DNA of 32,000 nucleotides from Nitrososphaerota archaeon (lineage in GTDB: Archaea; Thermoproteota; Nitrososphaeria; Nitrososphaerales; UBA57). The translations under genes and the position numbers were made by a program. The DNA lies in the NCBI GenBank assembly GCA_002713205.1, contig PAVW01000018.1:5474-37473 (forward strand), read 5' to 3'. The notes beneath the pieces were generated by a model, which was not told where the DNA came from, made no database searches, and saw only the letters and a program-made list of their open reading frames with translations. This document shows positions 9,571 to 17,904 of this stretch, one piece after another (position 1 is the stretch's first letter; every line of letters starts with the position of its first letter).

Positions 9571-10605
9571 ATGAAAACTAAAACGAAAGTATCAATTACA
9601 GGCTATGCTGGATATATCCCAAAATTACGTCTTCCTACATCTGAAATTGCACAAATATGGAAAGGAGGAGGATCTGGTCCAAATAAAGCTAAAAGCGTTG
9701 CAAATTTTGATGAAGATATAACAACCATGTCTGTTGAGGCTGCACGTCATGCTATTATCATGGCAAATAATCCTGATATAGGTGCTGTATTTGTTGGAAG
9801 TGAATCAAAACCATATGCAGTTAAACCTACTAGTACAATTGTAGCACAAGCGTTAGGCATTCATAAAACTTTAGCTGCTGATTTTGAATTTGCGTGTAAA
9901 GCTGGTACTGAAGCAATGCAAGTTATCACTGGATTAATTGGTTCAGGTATGATAAATAATGGAATAGCTTTAGGTGTAGACACTGCACAAGGTAGGCCCG
10001 GAGATAGTCTTGAATACACTGCTAGTAGTGGTGCTGCTGCTTTTGTTTTATCATCAGAAAATAACCATGGACTTGCATATGTTGAAGCCAGTACCTCTTT
10101 CGTTAGTGATACGGGTGATTTTTGGAGACGACAAGGTGAATCATATCCTAGACATCTTTCTCGCTTTACTGGTGATCCTGCTTATTTCTTTCATGTAGAA
10201 TCTTCTGTTCGAACTCTGCTTGAAGAAATTAATGCAAAACCTACTGATTTTACTTATGCTGTATTCCACCAACCTAATCCTAAATTTCCTCTAGAAGTAG
10301 CTAAACGTTTAGGATTTACTAAAGAACAACTCGAAGTTGGTTTGTTGAATCCTGAAATTGGTAATCCATATTCGGCAAGTTCCCCTTTAGGATTAATTGC
10401 TACATTAGATGTTGCTAAACCTGGTGATAAAATTTTACTTGCTTCATTTGGATCAGGTGCTGGAAGTGATGCTTTTTCAATAATTGTTGAAGATAATATA
10501 TTGAATAAAAGAAAGAATATTGTTCCTCTCCGTCAGCAAATCGATGATAATATAGAAATTAATTACTCTACTTACACAAAACTTCGAGGAATTCTAAATA
10601 AATAA
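9571..10605 (+). CDS. Hydroxymethylglutaryl-CoA synthase (archaeal type)
   Basis: 344-aa thiolase-fold condensing enzyme (GSESKPYAVKP, FEFACKAGT, VFHQPN, ASFGSGAGSD). It is the first gene of the conserved archaeal HMGCS / thiolase / DUF35 trio. Confidence 0.85.
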   Translation: MKTKTKVSITGYAGYIPKLRLPTSEIAQIWKGGGSGPNKAKSVANFDEDITTMSVEAARHAIIMANNPDIGAVFVGSESKPYAVKPTSTIVAQALGIHKTLAADFEFACKAGTEAMQVITGLIGSGMINNGIALGVDTAQGRPGDSLEYTASSGAAAFVLSSENNHGLAYVEASTSFVSDTGDFWRRQGESYPRHLSRFTGDPAYFFHVESSVRTLLEEINAKPTDFTYAVFHQPNPKFPLEVAKRLGFTKEQLEVGLLNPEIGNPYSASSPLGLIATLDVAKPGDKILLASFGSGAGSDAFSIIVEDNILNKRKNIVPLRQQIDDNIEINYSTYTKLRGILNK

Positions 10606-10622
10606 TTTTTTAGGTGATTTTT

Positions 10623-11786
10623 ATGTCTGTAAATATTGCAGGAACTGGCTTGACAAAAATTTCTGAACATTGGTCTAAGTCACTAATTGATCTTGCCGTT
10701 ATGTCTGGTAGACAAGCGTTATCTGAATCTAATATTTCTCCAGATATGATTATCATAGGTAATATGCTCTCATCCTATGCTTCAAATCAAGAAAATCTTG
10801 GTTCAATAATATCTGAAAAATTAGGCCTGCAAGGCACTACTACATTTAAAATTGAATCATCTTCATGTTCAGGTGCAATGGCTGTCCATGTAGCAAATAA
10901 CATTCTCAATGGCAAAGATCGTAGTACTTCTGGTATTAACTCTATTTTAGTTATTGGAGTTGAAAAAATGTCTGATCTTTCACCATCCCAATTAGTTCAA
11001 GCAATTTCTTTAGGTGAAAGTTATGAATATCTACAATTTTTTGGGGTTAGTATGACTTCTCTTTATGCCTTATTTTCTAACTTGTACATGGAACGTTATA
11101 ATATTTCTAAAAATGATTTATCTTATTTTCCAGCATTATCGCATAAGAATTCAGTTTCATGTAAACATGCTCAATTTAATCGTGAATTTTCTGTTGAATC
11201 AATATCGAGGTCTCCAATTATTTCATCACCTATTCGTTTACTTGATTGTTCGCCCATTGGAGATGGGTCTGCAGCTGTAGTTTTGACTAGATCAGAATCT
11301 AGTAATAATAACAATCCTAATACTGTTAAAATTCTTTCTTCTTCTGCATCAAATTCTCCTGTAAACTTTTTTGAAAGATCAGATATGTTAAAATTTTATT
11401 CCACTGAACAATGTATTTCTAATGCATTATCTGAATCTCAAATAAAATTATCTGATATTGATCTAATTGAAGTTCATGATGTTGTACCTGCAATTACTGC
11501 AAATATTTTGGAATCCTTAGGTTTCTCAAAACCAGGTAAGGCTGTTTTGGATGTCATTTCTGGAAAATACACTCTAGATTCTAGACCTTTTCTTTCAACA
11601 TCTGGCGGATTGAAAGCACGTGGAAATCCACTCTCAGCAACTGGAATATATCAAATTATTGAAATTACTAGACAACTTCAGAATAGATCTGATAATAATA
11701 TTAATAAAACACAAATTGGTTTATCTCAAAATATGTCTGGTATTGATTCAAATAGTGTGATTCATATTTTAGGAGTTGTAAATTAA
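10623..11786 (+). CDS. Acetyl-CoA acetyltransferase (archaeal thiolase)
   Basis: Thiolase fold (IESSSCSGAMAV nucleophile-Cys context, DCSPIGDGSAAVVL, IEVHDV, SGGLKARGNPLSATG). The ORF track opens at GTG 10614; ATG at 10623 gives MSVNIAGTG. An Asn-rich low-complexity insert is present (SESSNNNNPN). Confidence 0.8.
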   Translation: MSVNIAGTGLTKISEHWSKSLIDLAVMSGRQALSESNISPDMIIIGNMLSSYASNQENLGSIISEKLGLQGTTTFKIESSSCSGAMAVHVANNILNGKDRSTSGINSILVIGVEKMSDLSPSQLVQAISLGESYEYLQFFGVSMTSLYALFSNLYMERYNISKNDLSYFPALSHKNSVSCKHAQFNREFSVESISRSPIISSPIRLLDCSPIGDGSAAVVLTRSESSNNNNPNTVKILSSSASNSPVNFFERSDMLKFYSTEQCISNALSESQIKLSDIDLIEVHDVVPAITANILESLGFSKPGKAVLDVISGKYTLDSRPFLSTSGGLKARGNPLSATGIYQIIEITRQLQNRSDNNINKTQIGLSQNMSGIDSNSVIHILGVVN

Positions 11787-12181
11787 TGTCAATTTCCTAT
11801 TGGAGAACACGAGATAGATATTATAGAATTATTGGTTCAATTTGCGAAAATTGTAAAAGCGAATTTTTTCCTCCTGTTTATACATGTTCTAAATGTAATT
11901 CAACTGATAAATCAAAAATTAAAGATAAAGAGATGCCCAATCAAGGAATAATTATTTCTTACACTGTTCTTTATGAACCTATGCTGGGATTTGAAGATGA
12001 AATTCCTATGCAAATTGCATTAATTCAACTCAATAATGGCGTTCGATTAGTAAGTCAAATTGTAGATTGTAAAATTGATGATATTGCAATAGGAAAAAAT
12101 GTTAAACGTGTTTTTAGAAAAATAAAATCCGAAAGTAAATCTGGACAAATTTGGTATGGCTATAAATTTCGATTATGTTAA
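11786..12181 (+). CDS. DUF35 zinc-ribbon/OB-fold protein (scaffold of the thiolase/HMGCS complex)
   Basis: 131 aa with a CxxC...CxxC zinc ribbon (CENCKSEFFPPVYTCSKCNS) followed by an OB-fold-sized C-terminus. Its ATG overlaps the thiolase stop (TAATG). Confidence 0.8.
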   Translation: MSISYWRTRDRYYRIIGSICENCKSEFFPPVYTCSKCNSTDKSKIKDKEMPNQGIIISYTVLYEPMLGFEDEIPMQIALIQLNNGVRLVSQIVDCKIDDIAIGKNVKRVFRKIKSESKSGQIWYGYKFRLC

Positions 12182-12194
12182 TAAATTTAACAAT

Positions 12195-12243
12195 GGGAGA
12201 TTGGATAGATAATACAAATAGGGGGAAATATCTATCCGCTCCC
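12195..12243. other. GC-enriched stem-loop (candidate small structured RNA or bidirectional terminator)
   Basis: GGGAG-a-tt-GGATAGATA [17-nt loop atacaaatagggggaaa] TATCTATCC-g-CTCCC. This gives a 9-bp perfect inner stem plus a 5-bp outer stem across a small internal loop. It lies in a 162-nt convergent spacer, and a T5 tract follows at 12272-12276. Confidence 0.35.
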
Positions 12244-12343
12244 GAAGCTCGACTATGAATATCTATCGATATTTTTAGTTACAAACTACTTTAACAAAAA
12301 TAATTGACAAATTAATCTTATAAATTTACATTATTAATTAGAA

Positions 12344-12700
12344 TTAAATAATTAGCGCATTCAAATTAAATAAAATAAAAATTAAGTTCAAAAATAGAAT
12401 TAAAACCATGACTGTATTTTTTTCTTCAATATATTTTCCTGAAATATTGATTATTGCATAAATTAACATACCTAATGATATATATATTAATAATAACGTG
12501 ATTTTTTCTGCAATAAAATAGTATGATAAACTTGATAAAATAAGTAATATCGACGTTGTGAATTCCGCAAAAATATGCATTTGAACTTTTACATCATGAC
12601 TATTATTCCTTGATTGATTATTGAAAAGAAAATTTACCCAATAGATAAAAATTGATATTCCTGCAATTAGACAATAAAATATTAATATATTAGAAATCAT
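12344..12700 (-). CDS. Hypothetical small membrane protein
   Basis: 118 aa with about four hydrophobic segments. It starts 5 nt downstream of the EVE-domain gene on the same strand. No family recognised. Confidence 0.45.
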   Translation of the reverse strand: MISNILIFYCLIAGISIFIYWVNFLFNNQSRNNSHDVKVQMHIFAEFTTSILLILSSLSYYFIAEKITLLLIYISLGMLIYAIINISGKYIEEKNTVMVLILFLNLIFILFNLNALII

Positions 12701-12705
12701 TATGA

Positions 12706-13113
12706 TTATTCTTCCGATAATTTAATTATATAATTCCAATATTTTTGTGATACTGGCATTACAGAAAGTCTTGGCAGTCTCACAAGTTCAAAATCTTTAA
12801 AAATACTATTTGATTTAATTTCTTTTAAACTAATGGCTCTCTTTAATCTTTTTTTAATTTTAATATCAAAAACAAGTAGTTTTTCATTATTTTGATTTGG
12901 ATCTGGATATGGTTTGGAAATTGCTTTTGCAATGCCAATTATTAACTTTTCCACACCCGAATGGTATATGAATAACTCATCTCCTTTTTTAATTTGTTTT
13001 ATATGTTTTAATGCTAAATTATTTTTTATTCCATCCCACGTTGTATTTTTTTCTTTTTCTAATATATCAAATGAATAATTTTTTGGCTCTTCTTTTAATA
13101 ACCAATAATTCAT
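12706..13113 (-). CDS. EVE-domain (PUA-like) protein
   Basis: 135 aa. N-terminal NYWLLKEEPKNYSFDIL...WDGIKNNLALKHIKQIKKGDELFIYHSG matches the EVE-domain pattern (WL.K.EP..YS...L......WDG.RN.QA......M..GD..F.YHS). Confidence 0.75.
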   Translation of the reverse strand: MNYWLLKEEPKNYSFDILEKEKNTTWDGIKNNLALKHIKQIKKGDELFIYHSGVEKLIIGIAKAISKPYPDPNQNNEKLLVFDIKIKKRLKRAISLKEIKSNSIFKDFELVRLPRLSVMPVSQKYWNYIIKLSEE

Positions 13114-13200
13114 ATGATTATTGATAAATTAATAAATAAAATTATTACTGTATTTGTTAAATTATATATATTTAAGACCTAATTGTATTATTACTGTAGC

Positions 13201-14649
13201 ATGAAATATGAAGAGATTCAAAAATTATTTTTAGAACGTGGTTTTTTTTTCCCAAGTTCTGAAATATATCCGGATTCTCCTGCAGGATTTTGGGATTATG
13301 GTCCACTTGGTGTTTCTTTTCGTAATAAATTTATTGATTTGTGGAGAAAAGAACTAGTTCGAAGAGATGATATGTTGGAAATTGACGGAAGTCAAATTTT
13401 ATCTAAAAATGTATTTGTTGCTTCAGGCCATTTAGAAAATTTTTCTGATCCAATAGTTAATTGCGCATCTTGTAATTCAGTATTTCGTGCTGATCGTATG
13501 ATATCTGATATTCTTGGGAAAAATCTTTCAGAAAAATTACCTACTGATCTTTATGATAAGTATATTTCTGATAATAATATTAATTGTCCAAATTGTAATA
13601 ATAAATTCTCACTTGTTTCTAATTTTAATATGATGTATAAAGTTGGTATTGGTCCAAAACAAGAAGAATCTTTTTTACGACCTGAAACATGTCAAACTAT
13701 TTTTGTGGATTTTTTAAGATTATTTAAAACTATGCGAATTAAATTACCAATAGGTATAGCTCAATTTGGAAAAAGTTTTAGAAATGAAATATCTCCTCGT
13801 CAAAGTTTATTACGTTTAAGAGAATTTTATCAAGCTGAAATCGAAGTTTTTTTTAATCCTGCAAAAGTTGATAATTATTCTAAATTTTCTTCTATTAGTG
13901 ATTTTGAAATTCCTATTTGTTTGGACGACGAAAAAATTGTTGTCAAATCATGTCATGATTTTGTTAAAGATGGTATAATTCCGAATCAATTTATTGCTTA
14001 TTATTTAGCTATTTTAAAACAATTTTTTGATAAAACCGGTATTGATACTTCTAAAATGCGATTTAGAAAGTTACTTGATGATGATAGGGCATTTTATTCA
14101 TCTCATGCTTTTGATTTTGAAGTTTTAACTTCTCTTGGCTGGATAGAACTTGTTGCTTGTAATGACCGTTCTGATTTTGATTTAAGTCGACATTCAAATC
14201 TTAGCGGTAAAGATATTACTGTAATGGATGACGAATCAAAAATTTTACCTAATGTATTTGAAATTTCTATGGGTATAGAACGTAGTTTATATTCTATATT
14301 TGAACATTCATTTAAGTATGAAGATCAAAGATCTTTATTAACTTTAAAATCTTATTTATCACCTTTTTTCATTGCTATTTTTCCATTAGTTAATAAAAAC
14401 AATTTACCAGAATTAGCACATAATATCTATGAAGATCTTAAACTCGATTTTAATGTATTTTATGACGAATCAGGTTCTATTGGACGACGATATAGACGAC
14501 AAGATGAAATCGGAACTCCTTTTTGTATAACTGTTGATTTCGAAACTCTTGAATCTGAAACTGTAACATTAAGAAATCGAGATTCTATGGAGCAAATTCG
14601 AATACCTATAAAAGATCTCAAAGTTAAATTACAAGATATTAAATTATAA
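13201..14649 (+). CDS. glyS: Glycyl-tRNA synthetase (archaeal/eukaryotic alpha2 type)
   Basis: FFFPSSEIYPDSPAGFWDYGPLG, FRNEISPRQSLLRLREF (motif 2 region), SMGIERSLY, and the anticodon-binding RRYRRQDEIGTPFCITVD. A CxxC...CxxC insertion (CASCNS...CPNCNN) is present, as in other archaeal GlyRS. The ORF track opens at TTG 13183; the first ATG is 13201. Confidence 0.9.
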   Translation: MKYEEIQKLFLERGFFFPSSEIYPDSPAGFWDYGPLGVSFRNKFIDLWRKELVRRDDMLEIDGSQILSKNVFVASGHLENFSDPIVNCASCNSVFRADRMISDILGKNLSEKLPTDLYDKYISDNNINCPNCNNKFSLVSNFNMMYKVGIGPKQEESFLRPETCQTIFVDFLRLFKTMRIKLPIGIAQFGKSFRNEISPRQSLLRLREFYQAEIEVFFNPAKVDNYSKFSSISDFEIPICLDDEKIVVKSCHDFVKDGIIPNQFIAYYLAILKQFFDKTGIDTSKMRFRKLLDDDRAFYSSHAFDFEVLTSLGWIELVACNDRSDFDLSRHSNLSGKDITVMDDESKILPNVFEISMGIERSLYSIFEHSFKYEDQRSLLTLKSYLSPFFIAIFPLVNKNNLPELAHNIYEDLKLDFNVFYDESGSIGRRYRRQDEIGTPFCITVDFETLESETVTLRNRDSMEQIRIPIKDLKVKLQDIKL

Positions 14650-15439
14650 GATAAATCAGAAATACTGAACTACATGCACCTATGAAGATTGAAAATAAAT
14701 TAACTATATTGTTGTCTATATATGCATACCCATTTTTTAAATTAGTGTATCTATAATGATGAATTTTTGATTCAGTTAATTGATTACAACTTCTACATAT
14801 ATAATTTGCTTGAATCGCAGCTCCAAAATAACTGTCTATAATTATTCCTATTATACCGCCAATTCCTGCTGCTAATAAATAATTATAATTTTGATTTATA
14901 TTTAAAAAATAAGCAAATAATATTATTGAACATATGCCTAATATTCCAGATATTGTTCCTAAAAATGTAATTGCCCCAGAACGACCCGATTCTACTTTTT
15001 TAAAAGTGGTTATTAATCTTGGTTTATGTTTACTTAATAATCCAATTTCTGTTGATATTGTATCTCCAGTTGCTATCGATATTGATGTAATAAATGGAAT
15101 TAATAGAATCTCTAAATTTAGAAAATAATATGATAATGCAAATAATGACGTAATGATTCCATTGGCCAATACATTGGTCCATGCTCTTGTTCCTCCTTTA
15201 CTTTGCGCTAATCCTGTTTTTCTTTTTTCATGATATCTGAATTTTGTTAGTATGTAAGTCAAAAAAAAGAATACAAATAATAATATTAATCCATTTAATC
15301 CAATTCCAAATAATACTGTTATTCCAATAAAACTTGCAATTAAACATCCATAAATATCTAAAATTTTTAATTTAATTACTAATATTGCAAGTACAATCAA
15401 AATTAAAATTGTTACTATATCTAAATATTCTATAATCAT
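14639..15439 (-). CDS. DUF92/TMEM19-family integral membrane protein
   Basis: 266-aa multi-TM protein with the family signature GGTRAWTNVLANG and a C-terminal CRSC...HH insert before the last TM. Its 3' end overlaps the glyS 3' end by 11 nt (convergent). Confidence 0.7.
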   Translation of the reverse strand: MIIEYLDIVTILILIVLAILVIKLKILDIYGCLIASFIGITVLFGIGLNGLILLFVFFFLTYILTKFRYHEKRKTGLAQSKGGTRAWTNVLANGIITSLFALSYYFLNLEILLIPFITSISIATGDTISTEIGLLSKHKPRLITTFKKVESGRSGAITFLGTISGILGICSIILFAYFLNINQNYNYLLAAGIGGIIGIIIDSYFGAAIQANYICRSCNQLTESKIHHYRYTNLKNGYAYIDNNIVNLFSIFIGACSSVFLIYLII

Positions 15440-15476
15440 TATATTATGAAAATTCCATCCTGTTAATAAAGTACTA

Positions 15477-16163
15477 TTATAATTGTGAAAATATTGATTT
15501 TATCTTCTCTTCATTATTTTTTTTAGTTATTCCGAGAATGATATTTTCTCGTTTTGATAATTCTATTGCTAAATCGTCAACCTGATCTGGTCCATGTAGT
15601 ATTACCATTCGAGGTTTTAATCGTGAAACTCTTATTGCAACTAATGGAGACCTTCCAAGTCCAACTCTGGTAAAAATTAGAACGCGTTCGGTTGTAGCTC
15701 CAAATATTTTATAAAAATCAATTCCTGATAGAAGATAAATTGTGTTTATGCTATCTAAAATTGTATATCCATATAATTTTGTTTTTAATTGATCTTCACC
15801 ATTCAATATTTTTGCATTTAATAGTGTTTTAAGTTTTAATGCTGTTAATGGTTTGTTAAATTCTCCTATTCCTATTATTGCTGAATGTTCTTCTTTTAAT
15901 AATCGATTTAATGTTTTATTATTTGTTTTATCAACTTCTACAAGTGCTTTAATATATTTTTTTATAAATATGACGCCCGGTGAACTTCTTCTTCCACTTT
16001 CATAATCACTTAGTACTGAAGGTGACATATTCATTTGTTTCGCTAAAATTATTTGTTTAATTTTTAATCTTTGTCTCCATATCTTTAACATTTGTCCTGG
16101 ATTATTATTTATTACAACATCTCCTGCAATTTTTGATATTATTTCAAGATCTGTTTGTGACAC
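15477..16163 (-). CDS. XRE-family HTH transcriptional regulator with an uncharacterised ~150-aa C-terminal domain
   Basis: Cro/C1-type HTH (LKIKQIILAKQMNMSPSVLSDYESGRRSSPG) near the N-terminus. I cannot name the C-terminal domain (…GYTILDS…ERVLIFTRVGLGRSP…MVILHGP). Apparent GTG start. It lies 45 nt downstream of herA on the same strand. Confidence 0.6.
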   Translation of the reverse strand: MSQTDLEIISKIAGDVVINNNPGQMLKIWRQRLKIKQIILAKQMNMSPSVLSDYESGRRSSPGVIFIKKYIKALVEVDKTNNKTLNRLLKEEHSAIIGIGEFNKPLTALKLKTLLNAKILNGEDQLKTKLYGYTILDSINTIYLLSGIDFYKIFGATTERVLIFTRVGLGRSPLVAIRVSRLKPRMVILHGPDQVDDLAIELSKRENIILGITKKNNEEKIKSIFSQL

Positions 16164-16208
16164 ACATTAATTATATCTGATGTTCTATTAATATCTAAAT
16201 AATATTAA

Positions 16209-17651
16209 TTAATTAAAAAATAATTTTGTTTCGCCCATTGCATGCCATTTACTTTCTGATATTTTTACAACTACTGGTAGATCATTGACTGTTTTTCCTA
16301 AAACTAAGCAATTTTTTGATGGTAGTGTGCGCACTATTGATTTTACTGTATCTGCATCAACCATACTGGCTTTTGATACTAATTCAATATCAGTATCATT
16401 AGTAAAATTAAATAGAAAAATATTATCTGCTTGTCTATATATTCCTTGATCTATGGCATCGGGTTGATTTGTAATAAAAGTTGTAAATATTCCAAAATGT
16501 CTCATTCTTGTAATTATATCATCCCAATATGTATCTCGTAAGTATAGATGTGCTTCCTCTGCAAATAAAAATACCGGTTTAATGTCTTTTTTTTCTAATA
16601 AATTGACTAATTTCGATAAAATTATTTCTACAGTAATTCTTCGTAATAGTGGTGATGCTTCAGATAACGAAATTATAATTATATTTCCATCGGGTTGTGT
16701 ATTTAGTAATTCTTCTAATTTAATCGAATTATTGTTATCTGTTAAAATACCTGTTGATTGTAAAGTATGAAATCGTGATATTAATGCATCTCTGACAAAT
16801 TCATTGCCTTTCCAATTAAAAATATGATTTCTCAATTCATCTATATTTAATGAATTCTTCGTTTTTAATAATTTGAAAATACGTAAAAATTCTCGTAATG
16901 ACGCTCCTGGTAATTGTAATGAATGAGTTAAAATATTACATAAGCAATTTAGTTCAAGATATTGCAAGTTGAATTTTAATGATTTACCGGGAACTAATCT
17001 TGTTATTTTTCTTGATAAATTACTAGTCGTTCCATTTTTATTTTTTGTTAATCCCTTGTATTCATCATTTAAATCAAAAATAATTATTGGGGCCCCTAAT
17101 TCTGCTAAATTAGCTGCTAATAGTTTAGATAAATGTGATTTTCCAGATTCTTTTTTCCCAGTTATTATATTTAATTTTCCATCTAAAGCTTCTGCATAAA
17201 TTTTAAATATTTCATTTGATGCACCTGTTCCTAATTCTATTTCTCTTTTTCCTTCTCTTTTTGCAATTTCAAATAATTCATTATATGATATTTTTTTAAT
17301 TTTTGTATAAACTCTTGATGGCAGTAAATTATTTGAATATGTTAACGTTGAATTTTTTATCATTCCTCTGATTTTACATTTTAATATTCTTGAATCTCTA
17401 ATAAACATTGAAATATTTTCTATTTCTAATGATTCTCCTTGAATTCCTTCTAACGTAGATTCTATTACTTCGTCTCTTAAGATTTCTTCAGATAATCCTG
17501 GAATGTCAATATATGTTTCTTCATATATTTGCGCTAAAATATTTATTTTTTTTGATGTATCTTCTAACTGTAAATAATCTCCTTGATGTACTTGTTCACT
17601 TGGAGTTGATAATATTAATACTTCATTACCTGATTTTCCTAATATTTTCAT
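16209..17651 (-). CDS. herA: HerA-like FtsK/HerA-superfamily ATPase (DUF87)
   Basis: 480 aa. N-terminal barrel-like region (KILGKSGNEVLILSTP...GDYLQLED...ILAQIYE), Walker A ITGKKESGKSHL and Walker B VFLFAEEAHLYL (the HerA-type hhhh-D/E-EAH). The start ATG overlaps the upstream small ORF's stop (ATGA). Confidence 0.75.
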   Translation of the reverse strand: MKILGKSGNEVLILSTPSEQVHQGDYLQLEDTSKKINILAQIYEETYIDIPGLSEEILRDEVIESTLEGIQGESLEIENISMFIRDSRILKCKIRGMIKNSTLTYSNNLLPSRVYTKIKKISYNELFEIAKREGKREIELGTGASNEIFKIYAEALDGKLNIITGKKESGKSHLSKLLAANLAELGAPIIIFDLNDEYKGLTKNKNGTTSNLSRKITRLVPGKSLKFNLQYLELNCLCNILTHSLQLPGASLREFLRIFKLLKTKNSLNIDELRNHIFNWKGNEFVRDALISRFHTLQSTGILTDNNNSIKLEELLNTQPDGNIIIISLSEASPLLRRITVEIILSKLVNLLEKKDIKPVFLFAEEAHLYLRDTYWDDIITRMRHFGIFTTFITNQPDAIDQGIYRQADNIFLFNFTNDTDIELVSKASMVDADTVKSIVRTLPSKNCLVLGKTVNDLPVVVKISESKWHAMGETKLFFN

Positions 17652-17899
17652 TTTTTAAAATCCATATTTTTGTATATTTCAAATTTTAATATTTTATTTT
17701 CAATTTGATTTAATTTTAATTCTGTTTCTTCAATTAATAGTTCGTTTTTTTCTCTCTTATAATTTTCAATTCCAATAATATCGAATTCATTTTCTTTTTG
17801 ATAATATTCTGTAAGTTTTTCATATAGATATTTATATTCTATTATATTTTTGTTATGTTCTTTTTCTTTTATTTCTGTTAATAATATGTAATTTTTCAT
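17648..17899 (-). CDS. Small Lys/Glu/Asn-rich predicted coiled-coil protein wedged between nurA and herA
   Basis: 83 codons from ATG 17899, or 86 from TTG 17908, which would overlap the nurA stop. Heptad-like charged sequence (…YLYEKLTEYYQKENE…YKREKNELLIEETELKLNQIENKILKFEIYK). Its stop overlaps the herA ATG. No family recognised. Confidence 0.5.
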   Translation of the reverse strand: MKNYILLTEIKEKEHNKNIIEYKYLYEKLTEYYQKENEFDIIGIENYKREKNELLIEETELKLNQIENKILKFEIYKNMDFKK

Positions 17900-17904
17900 T
17901 TTTA

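Noticed and set aside
12193-12258. 21-codon ATG ORF (MGDWIDNTNRGKYLSAPEARL) covering the GC-rich hairpin
   Set aside because: It is too short and carries no motif to support coding. The base-pairing symmetry explains the G/C enrichment better. It is kept only as an alternative under the hairpin finding.
6776-15128. Track ORFs 6776-7027(-), 10010-10198(+), 11065-11280(+) and 14934-15128(+)
   Set aside because: They lie inside the MscS, HMGCS, thiolase and DUF92 genes, either out of frame or antisense. The host genes carry clear family signatures and these ORFs do not.
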